61,032 nucleotides of DNA from a virus. Lineage: Duplodnaviria; Caudoviricetes. The stretch lies in the IMG/VR virus record IMGVR_UViG_3300042864_000169, positions 1-61,032 of that record. One strand, written 5' to 3'. This document shows, in pieces, positions 17,207-26,538 of the stretch. The first letter of the stretch is position 1. The number at the start of each line of letters is the position of its first letter. Both the position numbers and the translations under genes were made by a program. The notes beneath the pieces were generated by a model, which saw nothing but the letters and a program-made list of their open reading frames with translations, did no database searches and was not told where the DNA came from.

Positions 17207-18121
17207 ATGGCTATTTCACGCGCACAACTGCTCAAAGAATTACTCCCCGGCTTGAACGCTTTGTTCGGTCTTGAGTACGCTAAATACGGCGAAGAGCACA
17301 AAGAGATCTACGAAACAGAGACATCTGAGCGTAGCTTTGAAGAAGAGACAAAGCTGTCTGGCTTTGCTGCTGCACCAGTCAAAAACGAGGGTTCTGCCAT
17401 CGCTTATGACAATGCACAGGAAGCATGGACTGCACGTTACACTCACGAAACCATTGCGATGGGCTTTTCCATCACAGAGGAAGCTGTGGAAGATAACTTG
17501 TATGACAGCCTGTCTTCACGTTATACCAAGGCTTTGGCCCGTGGTATGGCTTACACCAAGCAAGTTAAAGCTGCTGCAATCTTGAACACCGGTTTTACTG
17601 GTTCCGGTAACCCCACCTATGGTGACGGTCAGGTTTTGTTCTCGACGCAGCACCCCTTGGTTTCTGGTGGAGTTAACAGCAACACACCATCTACTCCTGC
17701 CGACTTGAATGAAACATCGTTGGAAAACGCTGTTATTCAGATCGCTGCTTGGACAGATGAGCGTAGCTTGCTGATCGCTGCAAAGCCTAGGAAGTTGATT
17801 GTTCCTCCTGCTTTGATGTTCGTTGCCACACGTTTGCTGGAAACCGAACTTCGTGTTTCTACAGCCGACAATGACATCAACGCATTGAAGAACAACGGCT
17901 CAATCCCTGAAGGCTACACCGTTAACCACTATCTGACAGACACCAATGCTTGGTTCCTGTGTACAGATGTGCCTAACGGCTTGAAGCACTTCGTGCGTAC
18001 CCCCATGTCTACAGGCATGGACGGTGACTTTGACACAGGTAACGTTCGTTACAAAGCCCGTGAGCGTTACAGCTTCGGCGTGTCAGATCCTTTGGGCGTG
18101 TTCGGTTCACCCGGCGCTTAA
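17207..18121 (+). CDS. major capsid protein (Mu gpT-like family)
   Basis: MAISRAQLLKELLPGLNALFG, GDGQVLFSTQHP, LIVPPAL, YKARERYSFG; strong terminator follows. Confidence 0.9.
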   Translation: MAISRAQLLKELLPGLNALFGLEYAKYGEEHKEIYETETSERSFEEETKLSGFAAAPVKNEGSAIAYDNAQEAWTARYTHETIAMGFSITEEAVEDNLYDSLSSRYTKALARGMAYTKQVKAAAILNTGFTGSGNPTYGDGQVLFSTQHPLVSGGVNSNTPSTPADLNETSLENAVIQIAAWTDERSLLIAAKPRKLIVPPALMFVATRLLETELRVSTADNDINALKNNGSIPEGYTVNHYLTDTNAWFLCTDVPNGLKHFVRTPMSTGMDGDFDTGNVRYKARERYSFGVSDPLGVFGSPGA

Positions 18122-18129
18122 TAGGCATC

Positions 18130-18160
18130 AAAAAAAAGGGGAGCTTCGGCTCCCTTTTTT
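18130..18160. terminator. bidirectional intrinsic terminator
   Basis: A8-GGGGAGC-TTCG-GCTCCC-T6. Confidence 0.9.
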
Positions 18161-18161
18161 G

Positions 18162-18190
18162 TTGCATTGGTTTAAACGTAGTGGTATAAA
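18162..18190 (+). promoter_or_regulatory. promoter TTGCAT-N17-TATAAA with extended TG
   Basis: 17-bp spacer containing GTTTAAAC. Confidence 0.6.
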
Positions 18191-18197
18191 TACACAT

Positions 18198-18271
18198 CCG
18201 GGGTTTTCCGGTGCATTAGACAGTCCCGGCTGACGACATACAGACTAATGCACTTAACTTGTATGTAAGGA
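18198..18271 (+). ncRNA. double-pseudoknot leader RNA downstream of the capsid gene (possibly the Mu-gpT-DE motif)
   Basis: GTGCATTAG/CTAATGCAC stem; loop TCCCGG pairs with CCGGGG; ACATACAG pairs with CTTGTATGT next to the RBS. Confidence 0.65.
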
Positions 18272-18277
18272 AAAATC

Positions 18278-18871
18278 ATGGCATTGACCACATTCTCCGG
18301 CCCAGTCAAATCGTTAAACGGTTTTATCGGCGGCACAGCAACCTCCCCCATTGCAGTAACAACTGCTGGCAATATTTCTGAATCTTACGCTACGACATCT
18401 GCCACCACTGGCGATACACGTTTGTCGTATAACCGGTTGACTTTTACCTCTACAGGTTCAGGCGAAACATTTCGTGCTTTGACCCGAGTAACGGGTGCTA
18501 ACGGCGCTACAGGCGGCACAATCAACGGTGCTCATATCTCTACTTCAATTAACACAGGCGGCACGATCTCTGGTGCGGCTAACGCAATCCGTGCAACCAT
18601 TGGTGCTGCTGTTGCCGCCCCCGGCGGTACATTGGCTGCTTTGCAGTTGGATACTGACTTTGCTTCTGGCACAACTCTTGGTGCTGAAAGTGCTTTTATC
18701 CGCGTAACTGACTCGGGTGCTGGCACAGGCAAGATGACTCGCTTGATGAACGTTAGTACAGGTACAGGCTTGTTCACTGCGGCTACTAGCTCAAGCACTT
18801 TGGCTGGCGGTCTTAGAGTTCGTATTGCCGGTGCTGATTACTTTTTGGTTGTTGCTAGCGCAGTAGCCTAA
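18278..18871 (+). CDS. virion structural protein (MALTTFSGPV family)
   Basis: ORF track; G/T/A-rich. Confidence 0.7.
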   Translation: MALTTFSGPVKSLNGFIGGTATSPIAVTTAGNISESYATTSATTGDTRLSYNRLTFTSTGSGETFRALTRVTGANGATGGTINGAHISTSINTGGTISGAANAIRATIGAAVAAPGGTLAALQLDTDFASGTTLGAESAFIRVTDSGAGTGKMTRLMNVSTGTGLFTAATSSSTLAGGLRVRIAGADYFLVVASAVA

Positions 18872-19041
18872 TGCAGATCACCAAGGAATTCTTGGAGTCT
18901 GAGATTCGTGAACTTGAGACTGAAGCGCAGAAGGCCCAAACCTTTTTGATTCAGGCTCAAGCCACAATCCAAGCGTACAAGATGCTTATAAACAGGTTAG
19001 ACGCACCAGAACCGGAGCAACAACATGACGATGCAATATGA
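18871..19041 (+). CDS. 56-aa coiled-coil protein (MQITKEFLESEIRELE...)
   Basis: Not in ORF track; TAATG coupling, fills the gap. Confidence 0.65.
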   Translation: MQITKEFLESEIRELETEAQKAQTFLIQAQATIQAYKMLINRLDAPEPEQQHDDAI

Positions 19042-19540
19042 CGTAAAACAAGGACATTTAAACCAAAGCGGTTTTTTTGTGCTTGGGCGCAACCGTGTAA
19101 AAGGCGTTTCTTTTTACGGCGGTAGCGGAACTTTGGTTTTGTTTGATACGACTACAGCCCCAGTAACTTCAAGCGTAACTTATGGTCGTAACAGCACAAC
19201 CGTAACAATTGCAAAAACTGCGCATGGGTTAACAACCGGCACTGTTGTTGGTATTCACTTTGACAGTGGCTCAGGTGGTGCTGCCACTGATGGAAATTAC
19301 GCCATCACTGTAACAACCGCAGATGCGTTTACGATCACAGACATCAATACTGGGAATATCACAGGTTCTCCAGCAGCCGTTTATGTCAGTGGCGCAAATC
19401 GTTGGCTGATGACCTACGAAACGCACTCATCAGACGAGTTCCAAAACGCCCCCATTATTCCCGGTGAAGGCGTGTTGGCGGTCAATGGGATTTATGCCTA
19501 CATGAGCGCAATTGACGCGGCGCAGATTTATTATGGCTAA
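19025..19540 (+). CDS. virion structural protein
   Basis: ORF track; beta-rich with inserted HGLTTG module; IPGEGVL..NGIY end. Confidence 0.65.
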   Translation: MTMQYDVKQGHLNQSGFFVLGRNRVKGVSFYGGSGTLVLFDTTTAPVTSSVTYGRNSTTVTIAKTAHGLTTGTVVGIHFDSGSGGAATDGNYAITVTTADAFTITDINTGNITGSPAAVYVSGANRWLMTYETHSSDEFQNAPIIPGEGVLAVNGIYAYMSAIDAAQIYYG

Positions 19541-19778
19541 ATCACCAGCATGGCAGAGGAAAGAAGGCAAGTCCGAGAAGGGCGGCTTGAACGCCAAGGG
19601 TCGGGCCTCCGCGAAAGCGCAAGGTATGAACTTGAAACCTCCCCAGCCGGAAGGCGGCTCACGGCGCGACTCCTTTTGTGCAAGGATGAGTGGCATGAAG
19701 AAAAAACTAACTTCTGCCAAAACCGCCAACGACCCAGACTCACGGATCAACAAAGCTCTTAGAGCTTGGAACTGTTAA
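19533..19778 (+). CDS. small basic protein (resembles DUF6321)
   Basis: MAKSPAWQRKEGK...RRDSFCARM...SRINKALRAWNC. Confidence 0.75.
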   Translation: MAKSPAWQRKEGKSEKGGLNAKGRASAKAQGMNLKPPQPEGGSRRDSFCARMSGMKKKLTSAKTANDPDSRINKALRAWNC

Positions 19779-19787
19779 GGAAGTGTT

Positions 19788-20120
19788 ATGAAACGCAGTA
19801 TTAACGAATACGATCCAAATCGTGGTGGCGGTGGCGGCGGCGGTTCTTCCTCACCGACAAGCGGCGGTGTTGGCGGCGCTAAACCTAAAGAGAAATATAC
19901 TTTTGATCGGATTACTGGTTCACGTTCTGCAAAAGATTACAAAGAAAGAGAACGAGAGCCGGAAATAACAGGTCAATTAAATTTTGGTTCTCCACGCCAA
20001 AGTAGTAGCAATAGAACTCCAAAGATGAGTGATGATTATTCACGCGGAGGAAAGGTGCCTGCTTCTAAACGCGCAGATGGTATAGCCCAGCGCGGCAAAA
20101 CTAAAGGTCGGATGTGCTAG
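19788..20120 (+). CDS. small basic probable internal virion protein
   Basis: Ends YSRGGKV..SKRADGIAQRGKTKGRM. Confidence 0.65.
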   Translation: MKRSINEYDPNRGGGGGGGSSSPTSGGVGGAKPKEKYTFDRITGSRSAKDYKEREREPEITGQLNFGSPRQSSSNRTPKMSDDYSRGGKVPASKRADGIAQRGKTKGRMC

Positions 20121-20356
20121 ATCTAAACACCGCTTGGTCTGCCGTCCTGTCCTTAGTGATTGGATTGTTAGGTTATATGATGAATGAAAAGTTCAGGGAG
20201 CTGGCTCGTGTCACGATCCTGTTGAACAAAACCCGTGAGGAGGTTGCCCGTGATAACGTTACTCAAGCAGAAATTGACAAAATTACTAACCACATTGACC
20301 AACGCTTTAACAAACTTGAAGCAAAAATTGACCAGCTTCTTTCAGCGGGGAAATGA
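20114..20356 (+). CDS. small membrane-anchored coiled-coil protein
   Basis: N-terminal TM, LLNKTREEVAR, RFNKLEAKID. Confidence 0.7.
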   Translation: MLDLNTAWSAVLSLVIGLLGYMMNEKFRELARVTILLNKTREEVARDNVTQAEIDKITNHIDQRFNKLEAKIDQLLSAGK

Positions 20357-20823
20357 TGCCAAGCACAAGTAAAAAGCAGCACAATTTCATGGAAGCGGTG
20401 GCTCATAACCCATCGTTCGCCAAGAAAGCAGGAGTCCCACAGTCCGTGGGAAAGGATTTTTCAGAGGCTGATAAAGGCCGTAAATTTTCTAAAGGTGGCG
20501 ACATGAAAAAGATGAATATGGGTGGATACGCAGACGGTGGTATGACTATGGTCAACAAGGGCGGCAAAATGGTTCCTGACTTTGCTGCTGACGGCAAAGG
20601 CAAGATGGCTAAAGGCGGCATGGCTAAAAGCAAAATGCCAGCAGCTTTGGCTAAACATGCAGGGATGCCAGCTTCTAAGGCTCACAAAGGTCTGAAGGCT
20701 GGCGGTATGGCCCCATCTAAGATGGGTTCAGTCAAAACTTCCGCTACTCGAGATGGTGTCGCGTCTAAGGGTAAAACCAAAGGCACAATGATTAAGATGA
20801 CCAAGGGCGGCAGAGCCTGCTAA
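20353..20823 (+). CDS. basic M/K/G-rich probable internal virion protein
   Basis: MPSTSKKQHNFMEAVAHNP; repeated MxxGG; DGVASKGKTKG. Confidence 0.7.
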   Translation: MMPSTSKKQHNFMEAVAHNPSFAKKAGVPQSVGKDFSEADKGRKFSKGGDMKKMNMGGYADGGMTMVNKGGKMVPDFAADGKGKMAKGGMAKSKMPAALAKHAGMPASKAHKGLKAGGMAPSKMGSVKTSATRDGVASKGKTKGTMIKMTKGGRAC

Positions 20824-20833
20824 GGGGAATATT

Positions 20834-21412
20834 ATGAAAGTTAGCTTACCTGATAATGAAAATATTGGTGAGGCCGTTGGCGATAGCAATGAGGGTATGA
20901 AAGAGGCGTATGACGTAGGTCAAGCTGAAATGCGTATCAACAGTGCCAAAGAACGTATGCGGGCTGAAGCTGAAGGCGCAAGAGATGCAGGCAAAATTAT
21001 TGAGTCTGGGAATAAAGGTTTTGGTGGCCCCGGTTCCAGTAGAACTGTAAAAGCACCTAAGCCAGCAGTTGTTACCAAGGAAGAATTAGCCAAATCAGGC
21101 TATGACAACTTGCGTGACTATTTAAATGCCAAACAAGGTTTGACACGCCGTAAAGAAAAAACTCCTACTCCTAAACTTATTGATCCATCTAATATTAGAA
21201 GTGGCCCTCGTTTTGACGACGAAGGACTTATTGACCCCAAAAATATTAGAAGTGGTCGTCGTCCTGAAGAAGAAGCACTATTAAAAAATCGTGTTAAAGG
21301 CATGAAGAGCGGTGGCTCTGTTAATTCAGCTTCTAGCCGTGCAGATGGTTGTGCCACTAAAGGCAAGACCAAAGGCACAATGGTTAAGATGAATTACGGC
21401 GGAAAGTGCTGA
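20834..21412 (+). CDS. probable internal virion protein
   Basis: Duplicated LIDPxNIRSG; MKSGGSV..ASSRADGCATKGKTKG. Confidence 0.65.
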   Translation: MKVSLPDNENIGEAVGDSNEGMKEAYDVGQAEMRINSAKERMRAEAEGARDAGKIIESGNKGFGGPGSSRTVKAPKPAVVTKEELAKSGYDNLRDYLNAKQGLTRRKEKTPTPKLIDPSNIRSGPRFDDEGLIDPKNIRSGRRPEEEALLKNRVKGMKSGGSVNSASSRADGCATKGKTKGTMVKMNYGGKC

Positions 21413-21413
21413 C

Positions 21414-21590
21414 ATGGCAACCGTAAAACCTGCTGCTAAAGTAGTTAAGTCTTTAAAAAAGGCTGGGTTTTACGGCGCGAGTAAGCCTAAACGGTTGGGT
21501 ATTATTAACAAGGTTACAACTAAACCTCAGCGGATAGAAATGGTTGATAAATTGTTTCTAGCCAAAAAAACCAAAGGTAATCCAAAATGA
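21414..21590 (+). CDS. 58-aa lysine-rich protein
   Basis: Not in ORF track; fills the gap, ATGA coupling to the next gene. Confidence 0.55.
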   Translation: MATVKPAAKVVKSLKKAGFYGASKPKRLGIINKVTTKPQRIEMVDKLFLAKKTKGNPK

Positions 21591-21862
21591 TGGCAAGCCG
21601 TGGAATGGGGGCAATGCTCCCTAGCAAAATGTCCAAAGGCAAGCGTAAAGCTCGCCGTGATGACACTGACTTCACGCAGTACGCTGAAGGCGGTAAAGTC
21701 AATGCTGCTGGTAACTACACCAAGCCAGATTTGCGTAAGAGAATTGTGTCTCAGGTAAAAGCTGCGGCAACTCATGGTACAGGCGCTGGTGAATGGTCTG
21801 CTCGTAAAGCTCAACTTGTAGCTAAAAAATACAAGGAAGCTGGTGGAGGATATAGAGATTGA
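21587..21862 (+). CDS. basic protein, DUF5872-like first half fused to a YAEGG leader
   Basis: NYTKPDLRKRI...GEWSARKAQLVAKKYKEAGGGY. Confidence 0.7.
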   Translation: MMASRGMGAMLPSKMSKGKRKARRDDTDFTQYAEGGKVNAAGNYTKPDLRKRIVSQVKAAATHGTGAGEWSARKAQLVAKKYKEAGGGYRD

Positions 21863-22092
21863 AAGCCCCTCAGAAATCGCTTAAAGATTGGGGCGACCAG
21901 AAATGGCGCACTAAGTCTGGCAAACCGTCTAGCAAGACGGGGGAGCGGTATTTGCCCGAAGCGGCTATCAAGTCTTTATCATCATCTGAGTACGCAGCTA
22001 CAACCAAAGCCAAACGCGCAGGCAAGGCGGCGGGCAAACAGTTTGTAGCCCAACCAAAAACGATAGCAAAGAAAACGGCAGGATTTAGATGA
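21859..22092 (+). CDS. basic protein, DUF5872-like second half
   Basis: QKSLKDWGDQKWRTKSGKPS...ERYLPEAAI. Confidence 0.7.
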   Translation: MKAPQKSLKDWGDQKWRTKSGKPSSKTGERYLPEAAIKSLSSSEYAATTKAKRAGKAAGKQFVAQPKTIAKKTAGFR

Positions 22093-23015
22093 CCACTACC
22101 GGCTCAACGCTCTTCAATATGGACTTCACGGAGATTGCCGAGGAAGCGTGGGAGAGGGCTGGGCGGGAAATGCGTTCAGGTTATGACTTACGTACAGCAC
22201 GTAGGTCTATGAACCTAATGACCATAGAGTGGCAGAACAAAGGGATTAACATGTGGACTATGGAGCAGGGTGTAATCAACCTTACTCCGGGACTTGCCAC
22301 GTATGCTTTACCTACAGATACCATTGACTTGCTTGAGCATGTCATCCGCACAGGGCAGAACACCTCTTCTACGCAGGCTGACTTAACCATTACACGTATT
22401 AGTGTGTCTACTTATGCGACCATTCCGAACAAACTACAACAAGCAAGACCAATCCAAGTTTGGATTCAGCGTCTTTCTGGACAAACTAATCCAACGACTG
22501 CGGTCTTGGACGGAGCCATTACCTCCACGGCAACAACGATCACGCTTAACTCGGTGGTTGGGTTAGCCGGAGCAGGCTTTATACGTTTAAACACAGAAGA
22601 TATATATTACACATACATATCAGGGAATACCCTCGGTGGTGTGTACCGTGGTCAGAACAACACTACAGCCGCCGCTCAGGCAGATGGCACAGCAGTCTTT
22701 GTCCCGCAGCTTCCTGCGGTTACTGTGTGGCCTACACCTGATAACAGCACTCCTTACCAATTCGTGTACTGGCGCTTAAGGCGAGTGCAGGATGCGGGTG
22801 CTGGTATGGAGACCTCAGATATGAACTTCCGCTTCCTGCCATGTTTGGTGGCAGGTCTGGCGTATCACATTGCAATTAAGACACCAGACTTAATGCCTCG
22901 CATTCAGATGCTCAAACAGATTTACGATGAGACCTTTGAAATTGCAGCCGGTGAAGACCGTGAAAAAGCTGCTGTAAGGTTTGTGCCTCGTCAGATGTTT
23001 ATTGGTGGTACGTAA
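22089..23015 (+). CDS. head-tail adaptor-like protein
   Basis: IAEEAWERAG, ARRSMNLM, WPTPD, RFLPCLVAGLAY. Confidence 0.65.
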   Translation: MTTTGSTLFNMDFTEIAEEAWERAGREMRSGYDLRTARRSMNLMTIEWQNKGINMWTMEQGVINLTPGLATYALPTDTIDLLEHVIRTGQNTSSTQADLTITRISVSTYATIPNKLQQARPIQVWIQRLSGQTNPTTAVLDGAITSTATTITLNSVVGLAGAGFIRLNTEDIYYTYISGNTLGGVYRGQNNTTAAAQADGTAVFVPQLPAVTVWPTPDNSTPYQFVYWRLRRVQDAGAGMETSDMNFRFLPCLVAGLAYHIAIKTPDLMPRIQMLKQIYDETFEIAAGEDREKAAVRFVPRQMFIGGT

Positions 23016-23398
23016 TGGGGAATAGGTTTGCATCCGGCAAAATAGCGATTGCCATGTGTGATCGCTGTGGGCAGCAGTTTAAACTTAAAAAGCTTAAGAC
23101 AGAAATTATTAAGCAGCGTAAGTATCAACTGTTGGTCTGTCCGGAGTGCTGGGATCCTGATCAGCCGCAATTAATGCTTGGTACATTTCCTGTTGATGAT
23201 CCGCAGGCTTTACGTAATCCACGCAAGGACACAACATACGTTACGGCAGGCGTAAACAGTATTGGTAGTTTGACTGGTGGTTCGCGAGACATTCAGTGGG
23301 GCTGGAATCCGGTTGGCGGGTCTAGGTTTTTTGATGCGGAATTAACACCAAACTACTTGGTGGCAACGACATTTGTTGGTACAGTAACGGTATCTTAA
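23015..23398 (+). CDS. conserved CxxC/CxxC virion-module protein
   Basis: CDRCG...CPECWDPDQPQL, DPQALRNPR. Confidence 0.7.
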   Translation: MGNRFASGKIAIAMCDRCGQQFKLKKLKTEIIKQRKYQLLVCPECWDPDQPQLMLGTFPVDDPQALRNPRKDTTYVTAGVNSIGSLTGGSRDIQWGWNPVGGSRFFDAELTPNYLVATTFVGTVTVS

Positions 23399-23409
23399 GG
23401 AGTTTAAAC

Positions 23410-23598
23410 ATGGCATACACAAGATCAGCCGACGGCATTGCTAAAAAGGGTAAGACTGATGTTCAAGTTTTCCCTACCAGTGGCCCTTCCCAAAAAGAAA
23501 TGATGGGCGGAAAAGGTAAGGGTAAGGGTAAAACCAACGCCGATATGAAATCAATGGGTCGTAACTTGGCAAAGATTGCCAATCAGAAGCGAGGCTAA
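23410..23598 (+). CDS. small basic protein
   Basis: ADGIAKKGKT; MGRNLAK. Confidence 0.65.
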   Translation: MAYTRSADGIAKKGKTDVQVFPTSGPSQKEMMGGKGKGKGKTNADMKSMGRNLAKIANQKRG

Positions 23599-23600
23599 TC

Positions 23601-23864
23601 ATGGCTACATACAGCAAAAAAATGATGGGTAAAGAAGTTGGCGATGCCAAGGTCTATGCAAAGCCACACACAATGACCGGCAAAGAAGTTAAAGCTTCTG
23701 AGAATCCCGGATCTGGCCCTGACCACAGCGATGCCGGAACAGTCAACATGGCTGTTGGTAACGTTTATCGTCGTTCTCAGCCAGCAGCTAAGACAACTGG
23801 TATCAAAATGCGTGGTGCTGGCGCGGCTACTAAAGGCTTTATGTCTAGAGGCCCGATGGCATGA
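23601..23864 (+). CDS. small basic protein
   Basis: Ends GIKMRGAGAATKG. Confidence 0.65.
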   Translation: MATYSKKMMGKEVGDAKVYAKPHTMTGKEVKASENPGSGPDHSDAGTVNMAVGNVYRRSQPAAKTTGIKMRGAGAATKGFMSRGPMA

Positions 23865-24700
23865 ATTACAGTGAGCTTGTCACGCAGGTAAGCGATTACT
23901 GCGAGAACTCTTTCCCAACTGACAATATGAATACGTTCATTCGTCAGGCGGAGCAGCGCATCTATAACACCGCGCAGCCTGCTAACTTGCGAAAGAACGT
24001 GACGGGCGCATTAACCACTGGCAATAAGTACCTTCAGTGTCCATTAGACTTTTTGTCTGTATACAGCCTTGCCGTATATCCGTATAACACTACAACTGCT
24101 ACAGGAACATCTGGGCAGAAAACAATTGTGGTGGCTAGTACGACAGGTATTGCTGTGGGCCAGCAGGCAACTGGGACAGGGATTGGCACTAATGCACAGG
24201 TTCGTAGCATTGCTGGAACCACAATCACATTAACTGTTGCAAATAGCGGTACGGTATCAGGCTCTATTGTCTTCCAAGGTGATTACTTGTATCTCTTGAA
24301 CAAGGACGTTAACTTCATCCGTGAAGCTTATCCCTTGTCTGCACAGGTCAGTGAACCCAAACACTACGCAATCTTTGGCCCACGGTCAGACAATGTAAAT
24401 GAATTGACGTTCATTGTTGGGCCTACTCCAAGTGCCGCATACATTGCAGAGCTTCACTACAACTATTATCCCGAGTCAATTGTCACAGCCGGAACCACAT
24501 GGCTAGGTGATAACTTTGATTCTGTATTGTTGTATGGAACTATCTGTGAGGCTTACACCTACATGAAAGGTGAAGCGGATATGGTGGCTCTTGCCCAACA
24601 ACGTTACGTACAGGCTATTGCTCTGTATAAAAACTTGTCAGATGGCAAGCAACGTGCCGATGCTTATCGTGATGGTCAGGTTAGAGTGGCTGTTTCATGA
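23861..24700 (+). CDS. head-tail adaptor / tail tubular A-like protein
   Basis: MNYSELV..V.DY, FIRQAEQRI, GPTP, LLYGTICEAYTYMKG. Confidence 0.7.
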   Translation: MNYSELVTQVSDYCENSFPTDNMNTFIRQAEQRIYNTAQPANLRKNVTGALTTGNKYLQCPLDFLSVYSLAVYPYNTTTATGTSGQKTIVVASTTGIAVGQQATGTGIGTNAQVRSIAGTTITLTVANSGTVSGSIVFQGDYLYLLNKDVNFIREAYPLSAQVSEPKHYAIFGPRSDNVNELTFIVGPTPSAAYIAELHYNYYPESIVTAGTTWLGDNFDSVLLYGTICEAYTYMKGEADMVALAQQRYVQAIALYKNLSDGKQRADAYRDGQVRVAVS

Positions 24701-25113
24701 GTAGTATTGTCCAAACCCAAACGACTAGCTTTAAAACAGAGCTATACACAGGCGTTCATAACTTAGCAACTAACACGCTAAAGATTGCCCTGTACACGGC
24801 TGCGGCTGATTTAAACGAGGCAACCACCGTTTACACGACAACCGCAGAGGTAACGGGTGGCGGTTACGTGGCGGGTGGCGTAACGCTTACGGGCGTGACT
24901 ATTAGCTCTTCTGGGTATACAGCTTTTGTAGACTTTGCTGATGTAGTATTTAACGCCTCAGTAACTGCCCGTTGTGCGCTGATCTATAACGTCACGCAGG
25001 GTAATAAATCTATTGCCGTGCTGGACTTCGGGTCTGACAAAACATCTACAAATTTCACCATCACAATGCCTGCCAACTCAGCTACGGCGGCTCTTATTAG
25101 GAGTTCAAATTGA
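24697..25113 (+). CDS. tail-associated structural protein
   Basis: TSFKTEL..GVH, KIALY, YVAGG, VLDFGSDK. Confidence 0.7.
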   Translation: MSSIVQTQTTSFKTELYTGVHNLATNTLKIALYTAAADLNEATTVYTTTAEVTGGGYVAGGVTLTGVTISSSGYTAFVDFADVVFNASVTARCALIYNVTQGNKSIAVLDFGSDKTSTNFTITMPANSATAALIRSSN

Positions 25114-25301
25114 TTGTTACAACAACCAAAGGTGACATGGACGAATCATTGCTTGAAAAGCGTGAAGGTTCATTGGATAATGACAACGAAACAACCACAT
25201 GGGTGGAGTATTGGTTGGACGGCGAATTAGTACATCGTTCTGCTCATGTGGCTTTGAAAAAATCCATGTTAGCGGGTCTTGAAGCAGCATCACTAGGATA
25301 A
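25110..25301 (+). CDS. small conserved protein (WVEYWLDGELVHRS)
   Basis: ORF track; AGGAG RBS. Confidence 0.7.
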   Translation: MIVTTTKGDMDESLLEKREGSLDNDNETTTWVEYWLDGELVHRSAHVALKKSMLAGLEAASLG

Positions 25302-25304
25302 ATC

Positions 25305-25805
25305 ATGGCGAATACTCAAAGTATGTGCACCTCTTTCATGGGGCAGTTATTGAATGGCGGTCACCAATTTGGCACTATTACGTTGACCAGCAGGGGTAGT
25401 TTGACTGCCCCAACTGTAGACACGTTTAAAGCAGCTTTGTATCTTGTCGGGGCAACAATAAATGCTTCTACTACGGTATACAGTGCGAGCAATGAAGTAT
25501 CGTCAGCAAACTATTCGGCTGGTGGTGTGGTAATTACCAATGCCAATGTGCCTGTAGCTACCAATGCTTCAGCTACCGCAGGGGTGGCTTATTGGACTCC
25601 TTCGGCAAGTATTGTCTACGGGGCCACGGCAACACCTGTAACCTTTGCTGCTTTTGATGCGGTGTTGATTTACAACTCCACACAGGGCGACACAGCGGTT
25701 AGCGTTCACACATTCAGCAGCCAGACCATTACGTCTGGGGTGTTTACGTTGACGATGCCGACAAGTTCAACGACAACTGCGTTATTGCGTTTGTCTACAA
25801 CTTGA
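25305..25805 (+). CDS. tail-associated structural protein, paralog of 24697-25113
   Basis: TSFMGQL..GGH, KAALY, YSAGG, LIYN. Confidence 0.7.
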   Translation: MANTQSMCTSFMGQLLNGGHQFGTITLTSRGSLTAPTVDTFKAALYLVGATINASTTVYSASNEVSSANYSAGGVVITNANVPVATNASATAGVAYWTPSASIVYGATATPVTFAAFDAVLIYNSTQGDTAVSVHTFSSQTITSGVFTLTMPTSSTTTALLRLSTT

Positions 25806-25809
25806 TGTC

Positions 25810-26529
25810 ATGTCTCTTGGATGGGGCGATGGTACATGGGGTAGTAGTGTCTGGGGCGGCGGTGAACTTGCCATCACGGGCGTTGAAGCAACGGGAGCCG
25901 TTGGGTTAGTAAAGGTAAGTGTTGAGGTAGCTCTCTCAGGTGTAACGGCATCTGGGTTGGTTGGGACGGTTGTAGCAAGCACTGAGACAGCTATCACAGG
26001 CGTAGCGGCAACGGGAGCCGTAGGGTCAGTAGGTATTGAAAAAGCAATAGCCCTGACAGGTGTTCAAGCAACCGGCGAGGTCGGAACGGTAGTAAGTAGT
26101 ACAGCGATAGCTCTGACGGGTGTATCGGCAACGGGTGATGTAGGAACGGTCGTACCATCGTACATTATTGTTGAGAATGGGACTTTTGCCAGCGGGTTTG
26201 TTGGGACGGTGGTTCCAGCGTTCTCCGTAGCTTTGACAGGTGTGGTATCGGCGGGTGCGGTTGGAACACTGGGTGTTTTGCATTCTCCGGCTTTAACGGG
26301 TGTAGCTGCAATAGGCGCAGTTGGGTCGGTAGGAATTAACAAGTCAATAGCCTTAACGGGCGTATCGGCAACTGGAGCGGTTAACGCATTTTCACAGGCG
26401 TTTGGATGGAGTGTTATAGATGACACGCAGACCGCAAACTGGCAGAATATTGGTAACACGCAGACTGCAAGCTGGCAGACTATTGGTAATACACAGACAG
26501 CGGCATGGGCTGATGTTTCAACGAATTAG
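25810..26529 (+). CDS. repetitive fibre/shaft protein
   Basis: About 9 repeats of ALTGVxATGxVG; WG-rich N terminus. Confidence 0.7.
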   Translation: MSLGWGDGTWGSSVWGGGELAITGVEATGAVGLVKVSVEVALSGVTASGLVGTVVASTETAITGVAATGAVGSVGIEKAIALTGVQATGEVGTVVSSTAIALTGVSATGDVGTVVPSYIIVENGTFASGFVGTVVPAFSVALTGVVSAGAVGTLGVLHSPALTGVAAIGAVGSVGINKSIALTGVSATGAVNAFSQAFGWSVIDDTQTANWQNIGNTQTASWQTIGNTQTAAWADVSTN

Positions 26530-26538
26530 GAGTTTTAA

